Positions 10,473 to 20,590 of a stretch of 64,000 bases of DNA are shown here, one piece after another; the first letter of the stretch is position 1; the number at the start of each line of letters is the position of its first letter. The notes beneath the pieces are model-generated. The model saw only the letters and a program-made list of their open reading frames with translations. It was not told the origin of the DNA and ran no database searches. Position numbers and translations under genes: made by a program. Location: positions 448,001-512,000 of the forward strand of contig CAVYQE010000011.1 in NCBI GenBank assembly GCA_963770565.1, written 5' to 3'. The stretch is from an uncultured Actinomycetota bacterium (GTDB taxonomy: Bacteria; Actinomycetota; Actinomycetes; JAFAQI01).

Positions 10473-12353
10473 GTGCCCGGACGGATCCGCGACGAGGACA
10501 TTGCCGCGGTCCGCGAGCGGGTGCCGCTCGAGCAGGTGGTCGGCGACCATGTCGCGCTGCGAAGCGCTGGTGGCGGGCGGTTGAAGGGTCTCTGCCCGTT
10601 CCACGACGAGAAGACGCCGTCGTTCACGGTCAACCCGTCGCTCGGCTTCTACAAGTGCTTCGGCTGCGGCGCCTCGGGTGACGCGATCACGTTCGTCCGC
10701 GAGATCGAGCACCTCGACTTCTCCGACGCGATGGAGATGCTCGCCCGGCGGGCCGGCATCGAGCTGCGCCGCGAGGAGGGCGGGTCGGCACCCGGGCAGA
10801 ATGCCGGCCACCGACAGCGGCTGCTCGACGCCAACGCCGCCGCCGCCGCCTTCTTCGTCGAGCAGCTGCATCGCCCCGAGGCCGAGCTCGGCCGGCGCTT
10901 TCTCACCGAGCGCGGATTCGACGAGGCGGCCTGGGCGCACTTCGGCGTCGGCTACGCGCCGAACGGCTGGGACATCACCCTCAAAGGGCTGCGCGACAAG
11001 GGCTTCACCGACGCCGAGCTGGCGGCGGCCGGGCTGACCAGCCAGGGCCAGCGCGGTCCGATCGATCGCTTCCGCGGCCGGTTGGTCTGGCCGATCCGGG
11101 ACCGCAAGGGTGACGTCATCGGCTTCGGTGCCCGCCGGCTGCGCGACGACGACAACGGCCCGAAATACCTGAACACCCCGGAGACCGTGCTCTACAAGAA
11201 GAGCCAGGTGTTGTACGGCGTCGATCTCGCCAAGCACGACATCGCCAACAACCTCAAGGCGGTCGTCGTCGAGGGCTACACCGATGTCATGGCCTGTCAC
11301 CTGGCCGGGGAGCGGACCGCGGTCGCGACCTGCGGCACCGCCTTCGGTGAGGAGCATGTGCAGATCCTGCGCCGGATGCTGATGGACCAGGACGAGCTAC
11401 GCGGCCGGGTGATCTTCACCTTCGACGGCGACGAGGCCGGGCGCAACGCCGCGCTGAAGGCGTTCGCCGGTGAGCAGCGGTTCGTGACCCAGACCTTCGT
11501 CGCGGTCCAGCCGGACGGGCTCGACCCGTGCGAGCTGCGCCAGCAGCGCGGCGACCTGGCCGTTCGCGACCTGATCGCCAGCCACATCCCGCTCGCCGAG
11601 TTCGCGATCCGGGTCACCCTCGACCGGTTCGACCTGACCATCCCCGAGGGCCGGGTCGAAGCGCTGGCGGCGACCGCTCCGGTCGTCGCCCGACTGAAGG
11701 ACACCTCGCTTCGCGACGAGTACGCCCGGCGGCTGGCCGGCTGGCTGGGCATGGAGGTCGAGCCCGTGCTCGACCGGGTCCGGCACGGCTCCGGACGGGC
11801 GCCCGCGTCCCGCGACGACCGGCCCACCGGCCCGCGCGCCGGCAACCGGCCGAGTGGCGCCGAGCTGCGGCCGGATCCGCGCGACCCGCGCCTGGTGGTC
11901 GAGCGGGAGGTCGCGAAGCTGGTCGTTCAGCGGCCGGCGCTGGCCGGCCCGGCGTTCGATGCCCTTGGCGAGGAGTGCTTCACCTCGCCGGCGTACGCCG
12001 CGGTTCGCGCGGCGGTCGCCAAGGCGGGCGGAGCGGCCCGCGCGGTCGCCGGCAGCGACTGGGTCACGACCGTTCAGGAGTCGGCCGAGACCGACTCGGT
12101 CCGCGATCTCGTCACCGAGCTCGCGGTCGAGCCGATGCAGTCGGTCGAGGACGATGACCCGCGGTACGCCGAGGCGCTGTTGGTACGGCTCGAGGAGATG
12201 GCCCTGACCCGGCGGGTGCAGGAGCTCAAATCGCGCCTGCAGCGGCTCAACCCGGTCGAGCAGGCCGAGGACTACAACCGGATGTTCGGCGAGCTGATCG
12301 TGCTCGAACGGCAGAAGAAAGGCCTCCGCGACCGCGGCGCCGGCGAACTGTAG
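10473..12353 (+). CDS. dnaG: DNA primase
   Basis: CPFHDEKTPSF zinc finger, KYLNTPET, VVEGYTDV TOPRIM, FDGDEAG, DnaB-binding C-terminus. Confidence 0.97.
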   Translation: MPGRIRDEDIAAVRERVPLEQVVGDHVALRSAGGGRLKGLCPFHDEKTPSFTVNPSLGFYKCFGCGASGDAITFVREIEHLDFSDAMEMLARRAGIELRREEGGSAPGQNAGHRQRLLDANAAAAAFFVEQLHRPEAELGRRFLTERGFDEAAWAHFGVGYAPNGWDITLKGLRDKGFTDAELAAAGLTSQGQRGPIDRFRGRLVWPIRDRKGDVIGFGARRLRDDDNGPKYLNTPETVLYKKSQVLYGVDLAKHDIANNLKAVVVEGYTDVMACHLAGERTAVATCGTAFGEEHVQILRRMLMDQDELRGRVIFTFDGDEAGRNAALKAFAGEQRFVTQTFVAVQPDGLDPCELRQQRGDLAVRDLIASHIPLAEFAIRVTLDRFDLTIPEGRVEALAATAPVVARLKDTSLRDEYARRLAGWLGMEVEPVLDRVRHGSGRAPASRDDRPTGPRAGNRPSGAELRPDPRDPRLVVEREVAKLVVQRPALAGPAFDALGEECFTSPAYAAVRAAVAKAGGAARAVAGSDWVTTVQESAETDSVRDLVTELAVEPMQSVEDDDPRYAEALLVRLEEMALTRRVQELKSRLQRLNPVEQAEDYNRMFGELIVLERQKKGLRDRGAGEL

Positions 12354-12430
12354 AGGCAAGCGGTCAATTGGCGATTCGCCGAGGCTGAGCGAGACTGGCC
12401 GCGGGTCGTCACACTTTGGGGGCATTTCAG

Positions 12431-13897
12431 ATGATCAAGACCGGACTTCATCGCTCGATCGGCCTGGCGGCGGTCGGCGTCACGATCGCCGCGGGCGCAG
12501 CAGTCGGCTCGACCTCGGCGGCTGCCATGCCCGCGACCACGACGCAAGCTGCGCACCACGCGTCGGCCCGCGGCGACTTCGACGGCGATGGTAAGGCCGA
12601 CGTCGTCGCCGGTGCTCCGGGCGGCAATCGGGTCCGCGTCATCTACACCAGGGCCAAGACCGGCGGGACCCACTCGCACTTGCTCACCGAGCCGGGCGGC
12701 GCCAACGGTTCGTTCGGGTCCGCGCTCGCGGTCGGCGACTTCAACGGCGACGGCTTCGCCGACCTCGCGGTGGGTGCGCTCGGCTACACCAACAGCGACG
12801 GCGTCGAGCAAGGCGCGGTCTTCATCTTCACGGGGAGCAAGACCGGGCTGCACTACTCCGGGAAGCGCTTCCTCGGCCCGAACGACTTTGACAACGACAA
12901 CGAGCTCGGTGCTTCGCTCGCGACCGGCACGATCAACTCGGACCGGTTCGCCGACCTGGCAATCGGCAACCCGGGCCCAGCCGGCGGCGGCGACTCGGAG
13001 GGCTCGGTCCTGGTGTTGTTCGGCTCGTCCTCCGGGCTGTCCTTGTCCGGCTCGACCGATCTCACCTCCGACCAGCCGGTCGACGAGGGTGATTTCGGTA
13101 CGTCGGTCCTGCTCGTCGACGTCAACGGTGACGGGCACAAGGACCTCATCGTCGGTGAGCCGGGCGGTGGCCCGGCCGACCCGTCGCCCGGTGGCGACAT
13201 CCAGGTGTTCTACGCGACGGCGACCGGAATCGGCGCCAAGCACGCGACGATCGACGGCGCGACCGTGCATGCCGAAGGCGGTTTCGGCACGAACCTGACC
13301 GGCGGAGACATCAATGGCGACGGCTTCGCCGACGTGGTTGCCGGCGCGCCCTCGGCCATGGTCGACGGCAAAGCGATCGCGGGGAAGGTGGTGGTGCTGA
13401 CCGGAGCGAAACACGGGCTGGCCGCCACCCGGCGGCAGGTGTTCAGCGAGGCCTCACCCCACATTCCCGGCGCGCTCGTGTCGACCGACCGGTTCGGATT
13501 CTCGGTCGCGGTCGGCGATCTCACCGGTGACGGCAAGGCGGACGTCATCATTGGCGCGCCGGGCGCAGTCGCGGCCGGCGACCCGGCCGGTGGCGCGGTC
13601 TACCTGCTCCGCGGCGGCAAGTCCGGCGCGTTGGCGGTGGGCTCCCTGCGGATCACCCAGGCAATGACCGGCGTGCCCGGAGTACCGGTGTCTGGCGCGG
13701 AGTTCGGCACTGCGGTTGCGACCATCGGTACTGCCGCGGATGCCCATCGCAACCTGCTGGTCGGCGTTCCCGCGAAGCACAAAGGTGGCGAGCTGATCGA
13801 GCTCCGCGGCGGATCGGGTGGGGTCAGCGCTCGGCACGCCCGGCTGTTCGCCGACGCATCACCCGGTGACGGACTCGGCAGCGTGCTGGCGCTGTAG
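12431..13897 (+). CDS. Secreted FG-GAP (integrin-alpha-like beta-propeller) repeat protein
   Basis: Signal peptide, then repeated FG..(A/V)GD(F/I)NGDG.AD..VGAP units. Confidence 0.88.
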   Translation: MIKTGLHRSIGLAAVGVTIAAGAAVGSTSAAAMPATTTQAAHHASARGDFDGDGKADVVAGAPGGNRVRVIYTRAKTGGTHSHLLTEPGGANGSFGSALAVGDFNGDGFADLAVGALGYTNSDGVEQGAVFIFTGSKTGLHYSGKRFLGPNDFDNDNELGASLATGTINSDRFADLAIGNPGPAGGGDSEGSVLVLFGSSSGLSLSGSTDLTSDQPVDEGDFGTSVLLVDVNGDGHKDLIVGEPGGGPADPSPGGDIQVFYATATGIGAKHATIDGATVHAEGGFGTNLTGGDINGDGFADVVAGAPSAMVDGKAIAGKVVVLTGAKHGLAATRRQVFSEASPHIPGALVSTDRFGFSVAVGDLTGDGKADVIIGAPGAVAAGDPAGGAVYLLRGGKSGALAVGSLRITQAMTGVPGVPVSGAEFGTAVATIGTAADAHRNLLVGVPAKHKGGELIELRGGSGGVSARHARLFADASPGDGLGSVLAL

Positions 13898-13977
13898 TCG
13901 ACCGAGGCGGCAGACCCGATCGGGGGCTTTCGACCCTATGCGGTGGTTTTGAGACTGCCGATACCTCTACCGTGCCT

Positions 13978-16230
13978 ATGCGCTTCGCCATACCCGGAAA
14001 CGCCGACTCGTCGGCGTCGAAGGCACGGCTGAACACCGCGGCCGGCGTCGCGATCCTGCATGGCGATGCTCGTGAGCACTTTTGGCGGGTGTATCTGCGC
14101 GCCGGCCTCGGCCTGCTCGGTGCCGAGACGGTTGTCATCCTCGGCTACCTGCTCTCTACCCCGGACGGCACCCATCGGCAGGCGCTCCTGATCGTCACCG
14201 GCCTCATCCTGGCCGTCGTCACCTCGCTGATCCCGGTGGTGCCGCGAATCGCCGCCAAGAGGTGGCGGGTGCGATTCGGCCTGGCCATGACGCTGCTGGC
14301 CTGCCTCACGCTCACGCTGTGCTCGCTGTGGGACGGCGGGATCGACAGCCCTCTGCTCGACATGATCACGCTTCCGGTCATGTGGGCGGCCGTCGGCCTG
14401 ACCCCTCGCTCAGTCGCGGTCTGCAGCCTGGCCTCGCTCGCCGACATCGGCATCGTCGGGGCGAACGACTCAAGGGTCTCTGCGCCGGCTCAGCACGTGG
14501 GGATGTTGTTCGCGGTCGTGATCGGTGTGGGTGTCCTCGCCTATGTCACCTCGGTCAATCGAGCCAGGCTCGAGCGGAAGGAAGCGTCGCTCGCCGCTGA
14601 ACTAGCCTTGCTTGCCGATACCGACGGTCTGACCGGGTGCTTCAACCATCGGGTCTTCGAGCGCTCGCTTGCGGCCGAGATCGATCGAGCCCTTCGTCAT
14701 GGCACGCCGCTGAGCCTGCTGGTGGCGGATGTGGATCTGCTCAAATCGGTCAACGATTCCCGCGGCCACGCCGCTGGAGACCTCGCGTTGGCGACGATCG
14801 GCATGGTGCTGCGGGACAACACCCGCAGCTTCGACCAGGCGGCCCGGATCGGCGGCGATGAGTTCGCCGTAATTCTCCCCAACACCGAGTTGCTCGCGGC
14901 ATCGGTGATCGCCCAGCGGATCTCGGACGCGTTCGACGCGGCGACGGACGGTCAGGTGAGCTTGAGCATCGGCGTCGCGAGCCTTGACGTGATGGCACCG
15001 ACCGCGAAGCGACTTACCCGGGACGCGGACGTGGCGATGTACGCCGCGAAGGCGACCGGCCGGCACCACGTCGAGACGAGCAGTCACGTTCTTGGGGCCT
15101 ACAGCGATCGCGAGCAAGCCATGTTCGCCGAGCTCGCGGGGCCGGAGGATCGAGTTCGACTCGAGGAGCGGGTGCGTCGAGCGGACCAGGAGACCGCGCG
15201 GGCGACGACCCTACTCGACACGTTGTTGTCGTCGGCCCCGATCGGCCTCGGCTTCGTCGACCGCGACTGCCGGATCGTCCGCTTGAACGCAACGCTTGCC
15301 GCAATCAACGGATCGACGATCGAGGAGCAGATCGGCCGTTCGGTCGACGAAGTCATCCCGGAGATGTGGCCGAAGATCAAGGATGCATTCCGCCGGGTGC
15401 TCGACGACGGCGTCGAGCTGCTCAACATCGAGGTGGACGGCGAGAGCAGCGCTGATCCCAACAACGTGCAGCACTACTGGCTGGCCAGCTTTTACCCCGT
15501 GCGGCTCGGTACCGACATCATCGGTGTTGGAACCGTCGTCGTTGACATCACCGACCGCCGGCTCTGGGAGATCCGCCGCGCTGCGTTCACCCACAAGGCC
15601 GTCGCCGCGCTGGCGGCGACGATCGAAGCTCGTGACCCGTACACCGCCGGCCACCAGCGAGCAGTCGCCGATATCGCCGCGGCGATCGCGGCCGAGCTCG
15701 GGGTCGACGCCTTCGCGGTCGAGGGCATCCACCTGGCCGCCACCATTCACGACATCGGCAAGATCGCGATCCCGGCCGAGATCCTGAACCGGCCCGGCGA
15801 GCTCAGCAGGATCGAGATGGAGATGGTCCGGGCCCACTGCCAGATCGGTTTCGACATTCTCGCCGGCGTCGACTTCCCCTGGCCGGTACGCGAGATGGTC
15901 CTTCAGCATCACGAACGGCAAGACGGGTCGGGTTACCCCTTCGGCCTTCGCGGCGAACAGATCGAGCTCGGCGCGCGGATCATCGCGGTCGCTGACGTCG
16001 TCGACGCGATGTCCTCTCATCGCCCGTATCGAGCCGCGGTCGGTCTGTCTGCGGCGGTCGAGACCATCAAGGCGGGCCGCGGCACGTTGTTCGATCCGGA
16101 GGTCGTCGACGCCTGCGTGCGTTTGCTGCGCCGCAAGCCGGAGAGCCTGCGTTCGGTCTGGTCGGAGGGCGCAACCCTAGTAGCGCTGCCTCGGGACGGG
16201 CGCCGCGCCGGCACGGCTGTGTCGGGTTGA
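13978..16230 (+). CDS. Membrane-bound diguanylate cyclase/phosphodiesterase (TM-GGDEF-PAS-HD-GYP)
   Basis: About 6 TM helices, DGLTGCFN, RSFD I-site followed by IGGDEF, PAS region, HDIGK and HHERQDGSGYP. Confidence 0.9.
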   Translation: MRFAIPGNADSSASKARLNTAAGVAILHGDAREHFWRVYLRAGLGLLGAETVVILGYLLSTPDGTHRQALLIVTGLILAVVTSLIPVVPRIAAKRWRVRFGLAMTLLACLTLTLCSLWDGGIDSPLLDMITLPVMWAAVGLTPRSVAVCSLASLADIGIVGANDSRVSAPAQHVGMLFAVVIGVGVLAYVTSVNRARLERKEASLAAELALLADTDGLTGCFNHRVFERSLAAEIDRALRHGTPLSLLVADVDLLKSVNDSRGHAAGDLALATIGMVLRDNTRSFDQAARIGGDEFAVILPNTELLAASVIAQRISDAFDAATDGQVSLSIGVASLDVMAPTAKRLTRDADVAMYAAKATGRHHVETSSHVLGAYSDREQAMFAELAGPEDRVRLEERVRRADQETARATTLLDTLLSSAPIGLGFVDRDCRIVRLNATLAAINGSTIEEQIGRSVDEVIPEMWPKIKDAFRRVLDDGVELLNIEVDGESSADPNNVQHYWLASFYPVRLGTDIIGVGTVVVDITDRRLWEIRRAAFTHKAVAALAATIEARDPYTAGHQRAVADIAAAIAAELGVDAFAVEGIHLAATIHDIGKIAIPAEILNRPGELSRIEMEMVRAHCQIGFDILAGVDFPWPVREMVLQHHERQDGSGYPFGLRGEQIELGARIIAVADVVDAMSSHRPYRAAVGLSAAVETIKAGRGTLFDPEVVDACVRLLRRKPESLRSVWSEGATLVALPRDGRRAGTAVSG

Positions 16231-16307
16231 GCGTCCGGGTGCTTGTGTTTCCCCACCCTGAGCGTCAGGATGTCGCCGACACCTGACTCCTCTTGGGGGG
16301 AACCCGA

Positions 16308-16949
16308 ATGTCCCAGTCCAGCCCGATGCCTGACCTGAAGTCGCTGCCGCCGTTCGACCTTGCCGTCCTCGCGTCCGGGCTGCTGGCGTTCATCGTGTCA
16401 TTCTTCCCCTACTACGGCGTCTCGGTGTCGGGTGCGAATCTGCCCGGTGGCCTCAGCGTCGGCTCGTTCGGCGCGAGCAGCAGCGTGAGCGCGTGGCACA
16501 GCTACTCGACGCTGGCGCTCCTGCTGATCATTGCCGGCACAATCGTTGCGGCGGTGGCGATCTTTGCGCGGGGCTCGGCGCCCAGCCTTCCGATTGGCTT
16601 GAGATGGATCGCGGCCGGGCTGTGCTCACTGGGTGCGCTGCTCTACCTGATTCGGCTGTTCACCTTGCCGCATCACCACGTCCAGATCACCTCGTCGATC
16701 AGCGCGAGCGAGGGCGTGAAGTGGGGCGGCTACCTGCTGTTGATCATCGTGCTGGCCAACGCGGCGTCGGCGGTGATCAGCGCGCTGAGCAGCGACGAGG
16801 CGGTGCCGTGGCAGCAGATGGGGACCATGGGTGGCGGCGCGCCCGCAGCGCCCCCGATGGGCAGCCCGCCGCCGGCCGCACCCCCGATGCCCCCGCCGCC
16901 CCCGCCGGCCGAGCCCTCGCTCGGCGACGACCCGCTGGCCCCGGCCTGA
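16308..16949 (+). CDS. Hypothetical membrane protein with Pro-rich C-terminal tail
   Basis: 4 hydrophobic segments followed by a poly-Pro tail. Confidence 0.7.
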   Translation: MSQSSPMPDLKSLPPFDLAVLASGLLAFIVSFFPYYGVSVSGANLPGGLSVGSFGASSSVSAWHSYSTLALLLIIAGTIVAAVAIFARGSAPSLPIGLRWIAAGLCSLGALLYLIRLFTLPHHHVQITSSISASEGVKWGGYLLLIIVLANAASAVISALSSDEAVPWQQMGTMGGGAPAAPPMGSPPPAAPPMPPPPPPAEPSLGDDPLAPA

Positions 16950-16955
16950 GGTTGG

Positions 16956-17357
16956 TCAGGCCACGGACTCGCTAGGACCGGGCCCGGCCGGGTCGGGAGC
17001 TCCGCCGGCCGGACCGGCGGCGAGCGCCGCCATCCGTTCACGGACGTACTGCGTCGTACGCCGCTCCGCGTAGAACGAGACGAGCGGCACCGTGCCAACC
17101 ACAACGATCACCGCGAGCTGAACCGGATGCATCCGAACGCGACGCCCCAGGTCGAGCGTCAGCAGGATGTAGAGCGGATAGAAGATGACTCCGTGCGGGA
17201 AGCCGAGATACAGATCAACCTGGTTGTGCCCGGCGGCGCTTAGGGGGATCCCTACGCAGCACAGGATGAGGATCGACACCGCCACGACGATGGCAATGAT
17301 CCGGTAACGCAGAAGCGCGGACTCGACGCTCTTCACGTCGAGCAGTCGTGGTGCCAT
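16956..17357 (-). CDS. DUF3817 family membrane protein
   Basis: ALLRYRIIA...HG..Y..Y....DL...GTVPLVSFYAERR pattern. Confidence 0.7.
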   Translation of the reverse strand: MAPRLLDVKSVESALLRYRIIAIVVAVSILILCCVGIPLSAAGHNQVDLYLGFPHGVIFYPLYILLTLDLGRRVRMHPVQLAVIVVVGTVPLVSFYAERRTTQYVRERMAALAAGPAGGAPDPAGPGPSESVA

Positions 17358-17360
17358 CCG

Positions 17361-17807
17361 CTAGCCGCTCCGTCGTCGTCCGGTGGTCACGGTCGCTGCT
17401 CGCGCGTTGAGCTGCGCGAGGTAGGCGTTGTAGGTGTTGACCTCGTCGTCGTCCGCATCCACCACGATCGCCGGGGTGCTGATGCCGACCCGCACCCCGT
17501 CGCGATGCTCGATCGCGGGCTCGGGCAGCGCGGGAGCGGCGAAGCGGGACAGCGGCCGCGGGGCGGCGCCGGTGTCGTCAGCCTGGCCCTCGACCTCGAT
17601 CTTGAGCGTCTTCCACCACAGCACCAGGCCGAAGGCCGCGAACAGCGGCCACTGGAAGGCGTAGGCGTAGTTCTGGAGGCCACCGCTGGGGGACTGGGCG
17701 CGGTGCCACTGCCAGAGCCCGAGCCGCAGGAAGACGAGCACCAAGATCACGACGAACAGGTGCAGACCCCACCACTTGGGCGACAGCAGGATCTTGCGCA
17801 CGGCCAC
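17361..17807 (-). CDS. Conserved actinobacterial membrane protein (usually paired with DUF3817)
   Basis: LGLWQWHRA..GGLQNYAYAFQWPLFAAF and DDEV..YNAYLAQL motifs. Confidence 0.75.
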   Translation of the reverse strand: MAVRKILLSPKWWGLHLFVVILVLVFLRLGLWQWHRAQSPSGGLQNYAYAFQWPLFAAFGLVLWWKTLKIEVEGQADDTGAAPRPLSRFAAPALPEPAIEHRDGVRVGISTPAIVVDADDDEVNTYNAYLAQLNARAATVTTGRRRSG

Positions 17808-17908
17808 CAGCGTAACCAGCCTTGGATCGAGCTGACTGGCACTCCGGCCTGATGGCGCCTGCCTGCGGTAACCTGCACATCGTTGGAGCCGGTCAGATGC
17901 CCGACCAA

Positions 17909-17984
17909 TCCCGCATAGCTCAATTGGCAGAGCGTTCGGCTGTTAACCGATAGGTTCCTGGTTCGAGTCCAGGTGCGGGAGCCA
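17909..17984 (+). tRNA. tRNA-Asn (GTT)
   Basis: Cloverleaf TCCCGCA...TGCGGGA, anticodon loop CTGTTAA, GGTTCGAGTCC T-arm, encoded CCA. Confidence 0.96.
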
Positions 17985-18015
17985 AATCCGATCCGACCAA
18001 GTAGTTTCTGACCCT

Positions 18016-19212
18016 GTGTCAGATCCTGCCCGGCCGCTGCTCGACCTGCTCGATGGCGAGGCCTACGCCAGCGGCGCCTACGAGCGCTACGCGTGGTTCC
18101 GCGAGCATGAGCCGGTCGCGTGGGACGACGGCAACGAGCTGTGGGGCATCTTCCGGTACGCCGATGTCGCCGAGATCGAGACCCGCGACGACGTCTTCGT
18201 CAGCTCCGATCAGCACAAGGGCGGGTACCGGCCCAACATCCCGGCCGACCCCGCGATGATCGGTCTCGACAACCCGGCGCATGCCCGGCGACGCCGGCTG
18301 GTCAGCCGGCGGTTCACCCCCCGCGCGGTGGCGCAGCGCGAGTCGCAGGTCCGGGCGGTCGTGACCGAGCTGCTCGAAGCCGCGCTGGCCAAGGGTCGGG
18401 TCGAGATCGTCGGCGAGCTCGCCTCGGTCCTGCCGGCGCGGATGATCGGCTGGCTGCTCGGTTTCCCCGACGACGCCTGGCCGGCGCTGCGGGACTGGTC
18501 GGAGCGCACGATCGTGCTCGGTGGCGGCCCGCGGTACTTCAACGAGGACGGCTTCTCGGCGGCGACCGAGTTCGTCCAGGCGGCCCTGGCGTTGTACGCG
18601 GACAAGCAGGCCTGCCCGGCCGACGACGTGATGACGGTGTGGACGACTGCCGAGATCGAGGGCGCACCGTTGTCGCCGCGCGAGGTCGGCAGCGACTGCC
18701 TGTTGCTGCTCGACGGTGGCGCGGAGACGACCCGTACCGTGATCGCCCGCTCGATGCTCGCCCTGATCGAGCATCCCGAGCAGTGGGCGGCGCTCCGCGC
18801 CGGTGCCGACCTGGCGGTGGCGACCGAGGAGTTCATCCGCTACGTCTCGCCGCTGCACAACATGTGCCGCACCGCGGTCGCCGACTACCGGATCGGTGGC
18901 GTCACAATCCGGGCCGGCGAGCAGGTCGTGCTGCTGTACGGATCGGCCAATCGCGACCCGGCGCGGTTCGACGATCCGGAGCGCCTGGATGTCGGCCGGA
19001 CTCCGAATCCGCATCTGTCGTTCGGGCTCGGCACCCACTTCTGCCTCGGCGCCGGTCTGGCCCGGTTGGAGATTCGGGTGTTCTTCGAGGAGCTGCTCCG
19101 CCGGGTGCGCGAGATGCGGCTCGCACCCGGCCACGAGGTGGTCGAGGCGCCGAACGCGTTCGTCTACGGCCTGAAGTCCGCGACCGTCGACCTCATCGCC
19201 GACCCCTCGTGA
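18016..19212 (+). CDS. Cytochrome P450 (CYP142-like)
   Basis: GGAETTR I-helix, EEFIR ExxR motif, FGLGTHFCLGA heme motif. Confidence 0.92.
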   Translation: MSDPARPLLDLLDGEAYASGAYERYAWFREHEPVAWDDGNELWGIFRYADVAEIETRDDVFVSSDQHKGGYRPNIPADPAMIGLDNPAHARRRRLVSRRFTPRAVAQRESQVRAVVTELLEAALAKGRVEIVGELASVLPARMIGWLLGFPDDAWPALRDWSERTIVLGGGPRYFNEDGFSAATEFVQAALALYADKQACPADDVMTVWTTAEIEGAPLSPREVGSDCLLLLDGGAETTRTVIARSMLALIEHPEQWAALRAGADLAVATEEFIRYVSPLHNMCRTAVADYRIGGVTIRAGEQVVLLYGSANRDPARFDDPERLDVGRTPNPHLSFGLGTHFCLGAGLARLEIRVFFEELLRRVREMRLAPGHEVVEAPNAFVYGLKSATVDLIADPS

Positions 19213-19264
19213 TCCGTGCCGGACCGGTGTCGTTCGACGGCCATTCGGCCGGCCCGCGTGGAAC

Positions 19265-19744
19265 TCAGCGCTGGTCGAGGTGGATCAGCACATACGCGCC
19301 GTCGTACGTCCATTGTGACAAGGGCTTGCTCCGGTCGCGAGGGTGGGCAAACAGATCCGCGACGAGGCGGCTGCCGGCAACGGGAACGACGAGATGGCAG
19401 GAGGGCGGCGCGCCGGGCATCGGCACCGGAGTGCACGACGTTTGCACGGATCCGGTAGTGACGTTGGCGAGTGCCTCCTTCACTGTCGCGACCTGCGCCG
19501 TTGGATCGCCTGGACCGAGGAAGCATCGTTCCAGCGTGCCGTTGGAGCAGACCTTATTCCGGCCGTCGGAGGTGTTGGTCGAGTACGGGGACGGAAGCGC
19601 AACGTGCGCCAGCGCCCGTTCCCCGGCCGCGTTCCAGGCAGCGTCAAGTCGCTGATGCCGAGCAGGAAGCCAAAGCCCAAGGACGGCTGCGATCGCTGCG
19701 GCGACGATGCCGCCGACCGCGAGCAGGGCAAACGACTTGCGCAC
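19265..19744 (-). CDS. Hypothetical secreted or membrane-anchored protein (4 Cys)
   Basis: N-terminal hydrophobic segment; fills the gap between the P450 and the tRNA. Confidence 0.6.
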   Translation of the reverse strand: MRKSFALLAVGGIVAAAIAAVLGLWLPARHQRLDAAWNAAGERALAHVALPSPYSTNTSDGRNKVCSNGTLERCFLGPGDPTAQVATVKEALANVTTGSVQTSCTPVPMPGAPPSCHLVVPVAGSRLVADLFAHPRDRSKPLSQWTYDGAYVLIHLDQR

Positions 19745-19850
19745 GAAGTCCTGATCGGCACAGCGCGTCCGCCCCTATAGCGGCGGTCATCTTCGCCCTC
19801 GCCACCGCTTCTCGTTCAACCCGCCGTAGAACTGGTCGTGAGCGCGAAGA

Positions 19851-19878
19851 TTGAAGCGCGGACGGTGTCGCCTAGGCT
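19851..19878 (+). promoter_or_regulatory. Putative sigma70-type promoter of tRNA(CAT)
   Basis: TTGAAG-N16-TAGGCT ending 11 nt upstream of the tRNA. Confidence 0.45.
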
Positions 19879-19889
19879 CGGTCGGGTTC

Positions 19890-19963
19890 GGGGCGATAGC
19901 TCAGCTGGTTAGAGCAGGGGACTCATAATCCCTTGGCCGCAGGTTCGAGCCCTGCTCGCCCCA
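19890..19963 (+). tRNA. tRNA with CAT anticodon, most likely tRNA-Ile2 (lysidine); elongator Met not excluded
   Basis: GGGGCGA/TCGCCCC acceptor stem with G1-C72 paired (so not initiator), loop CTCATAA, GGTTCGAGCC; near tRNA-Asn downstream of dnaG. Confidence 0.9.
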
Positions 19964-19997
19964 CGCACAGCCCCACGCGCGGCGGTTGGCGAACCGG

Positions 19998-20504
19998 TCA
20001 TTTGTGGGTCATGTCCCAGAACATGTTGCACGAGGCGGTCGCGTATGGACCGAACTCGATGTGCGCCCGCTTCGGCGACCGGAAGTCGATTTCGAGACTG
20101 GTCTTGGTCGGCTGGGTCTTGGTCCCGATCTTGTACGACACGTTGACCTGGTAGACGCCGCCGACCTTGTGGCCGATGTGGTACTTCGTGCCCTTCAGCC
20201 CGCCGCGCCGGATCTTGAACGACCCGATGACCGTGTACTTGCCGGGCGTGCAGTAGAGGACGCCGTCGTTTGGTCGGAAGGTGACGTTGCTCACGCGCGT
20301 GCCGCCCTTCGACACGTGGAAGGTGCCGACCGCGTAGTACGTCGCGCAGTCCCCGCAGGTCCGCCAGGTGCCGGCGACTGGACGGTGATGGACTGCCTTC
20401 GTCGCCGGGTGAATCGCTGCGCTCGATACGGCGGGCGCCGCCATGGCCGCCGCGATCAGGCACGTCATGACAGCGACCAACCCACGAACCCCCCGGGATC
20501 TCAT
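19998..20504 (-). CDS. Hypothetical secreted basic protein
   Basis: Signal peptide, Lys/His-rich beta-type mature part with CxxC. Confidence 0.7.
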   Translation of the reverse strand: MRSRGVRGLVAVMTCLIAAAMAAPAVSSAAIHPATKAVHHRPVAGTWRTCGDCATYYAVGTFHVSKGGTRVSNVTFRPNDGVLYCTPGKYTVIGSFKIRRGGLKGTKYHIGHKVGGVYQVNVSYKIGTKTQPTKTSLEIDFRSPKRAHIEFGPYATASCNMFWDMTHK

Positions 20505-20590
20505 TGGGACAACCTAACCCGGCCGGTTCCACTGGCGCGACCGAATCGGGTAATCCCAGCGGCCCGCTCGGCCCGGCGCACGCGACGTGG

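Noticed and set aside
17901-18000. 8-bp direct repeat CCGACCAA flanking tRNA-Asn as a target-site duplication
   Set aside because: Short, with no mobile-element gene; could be chance
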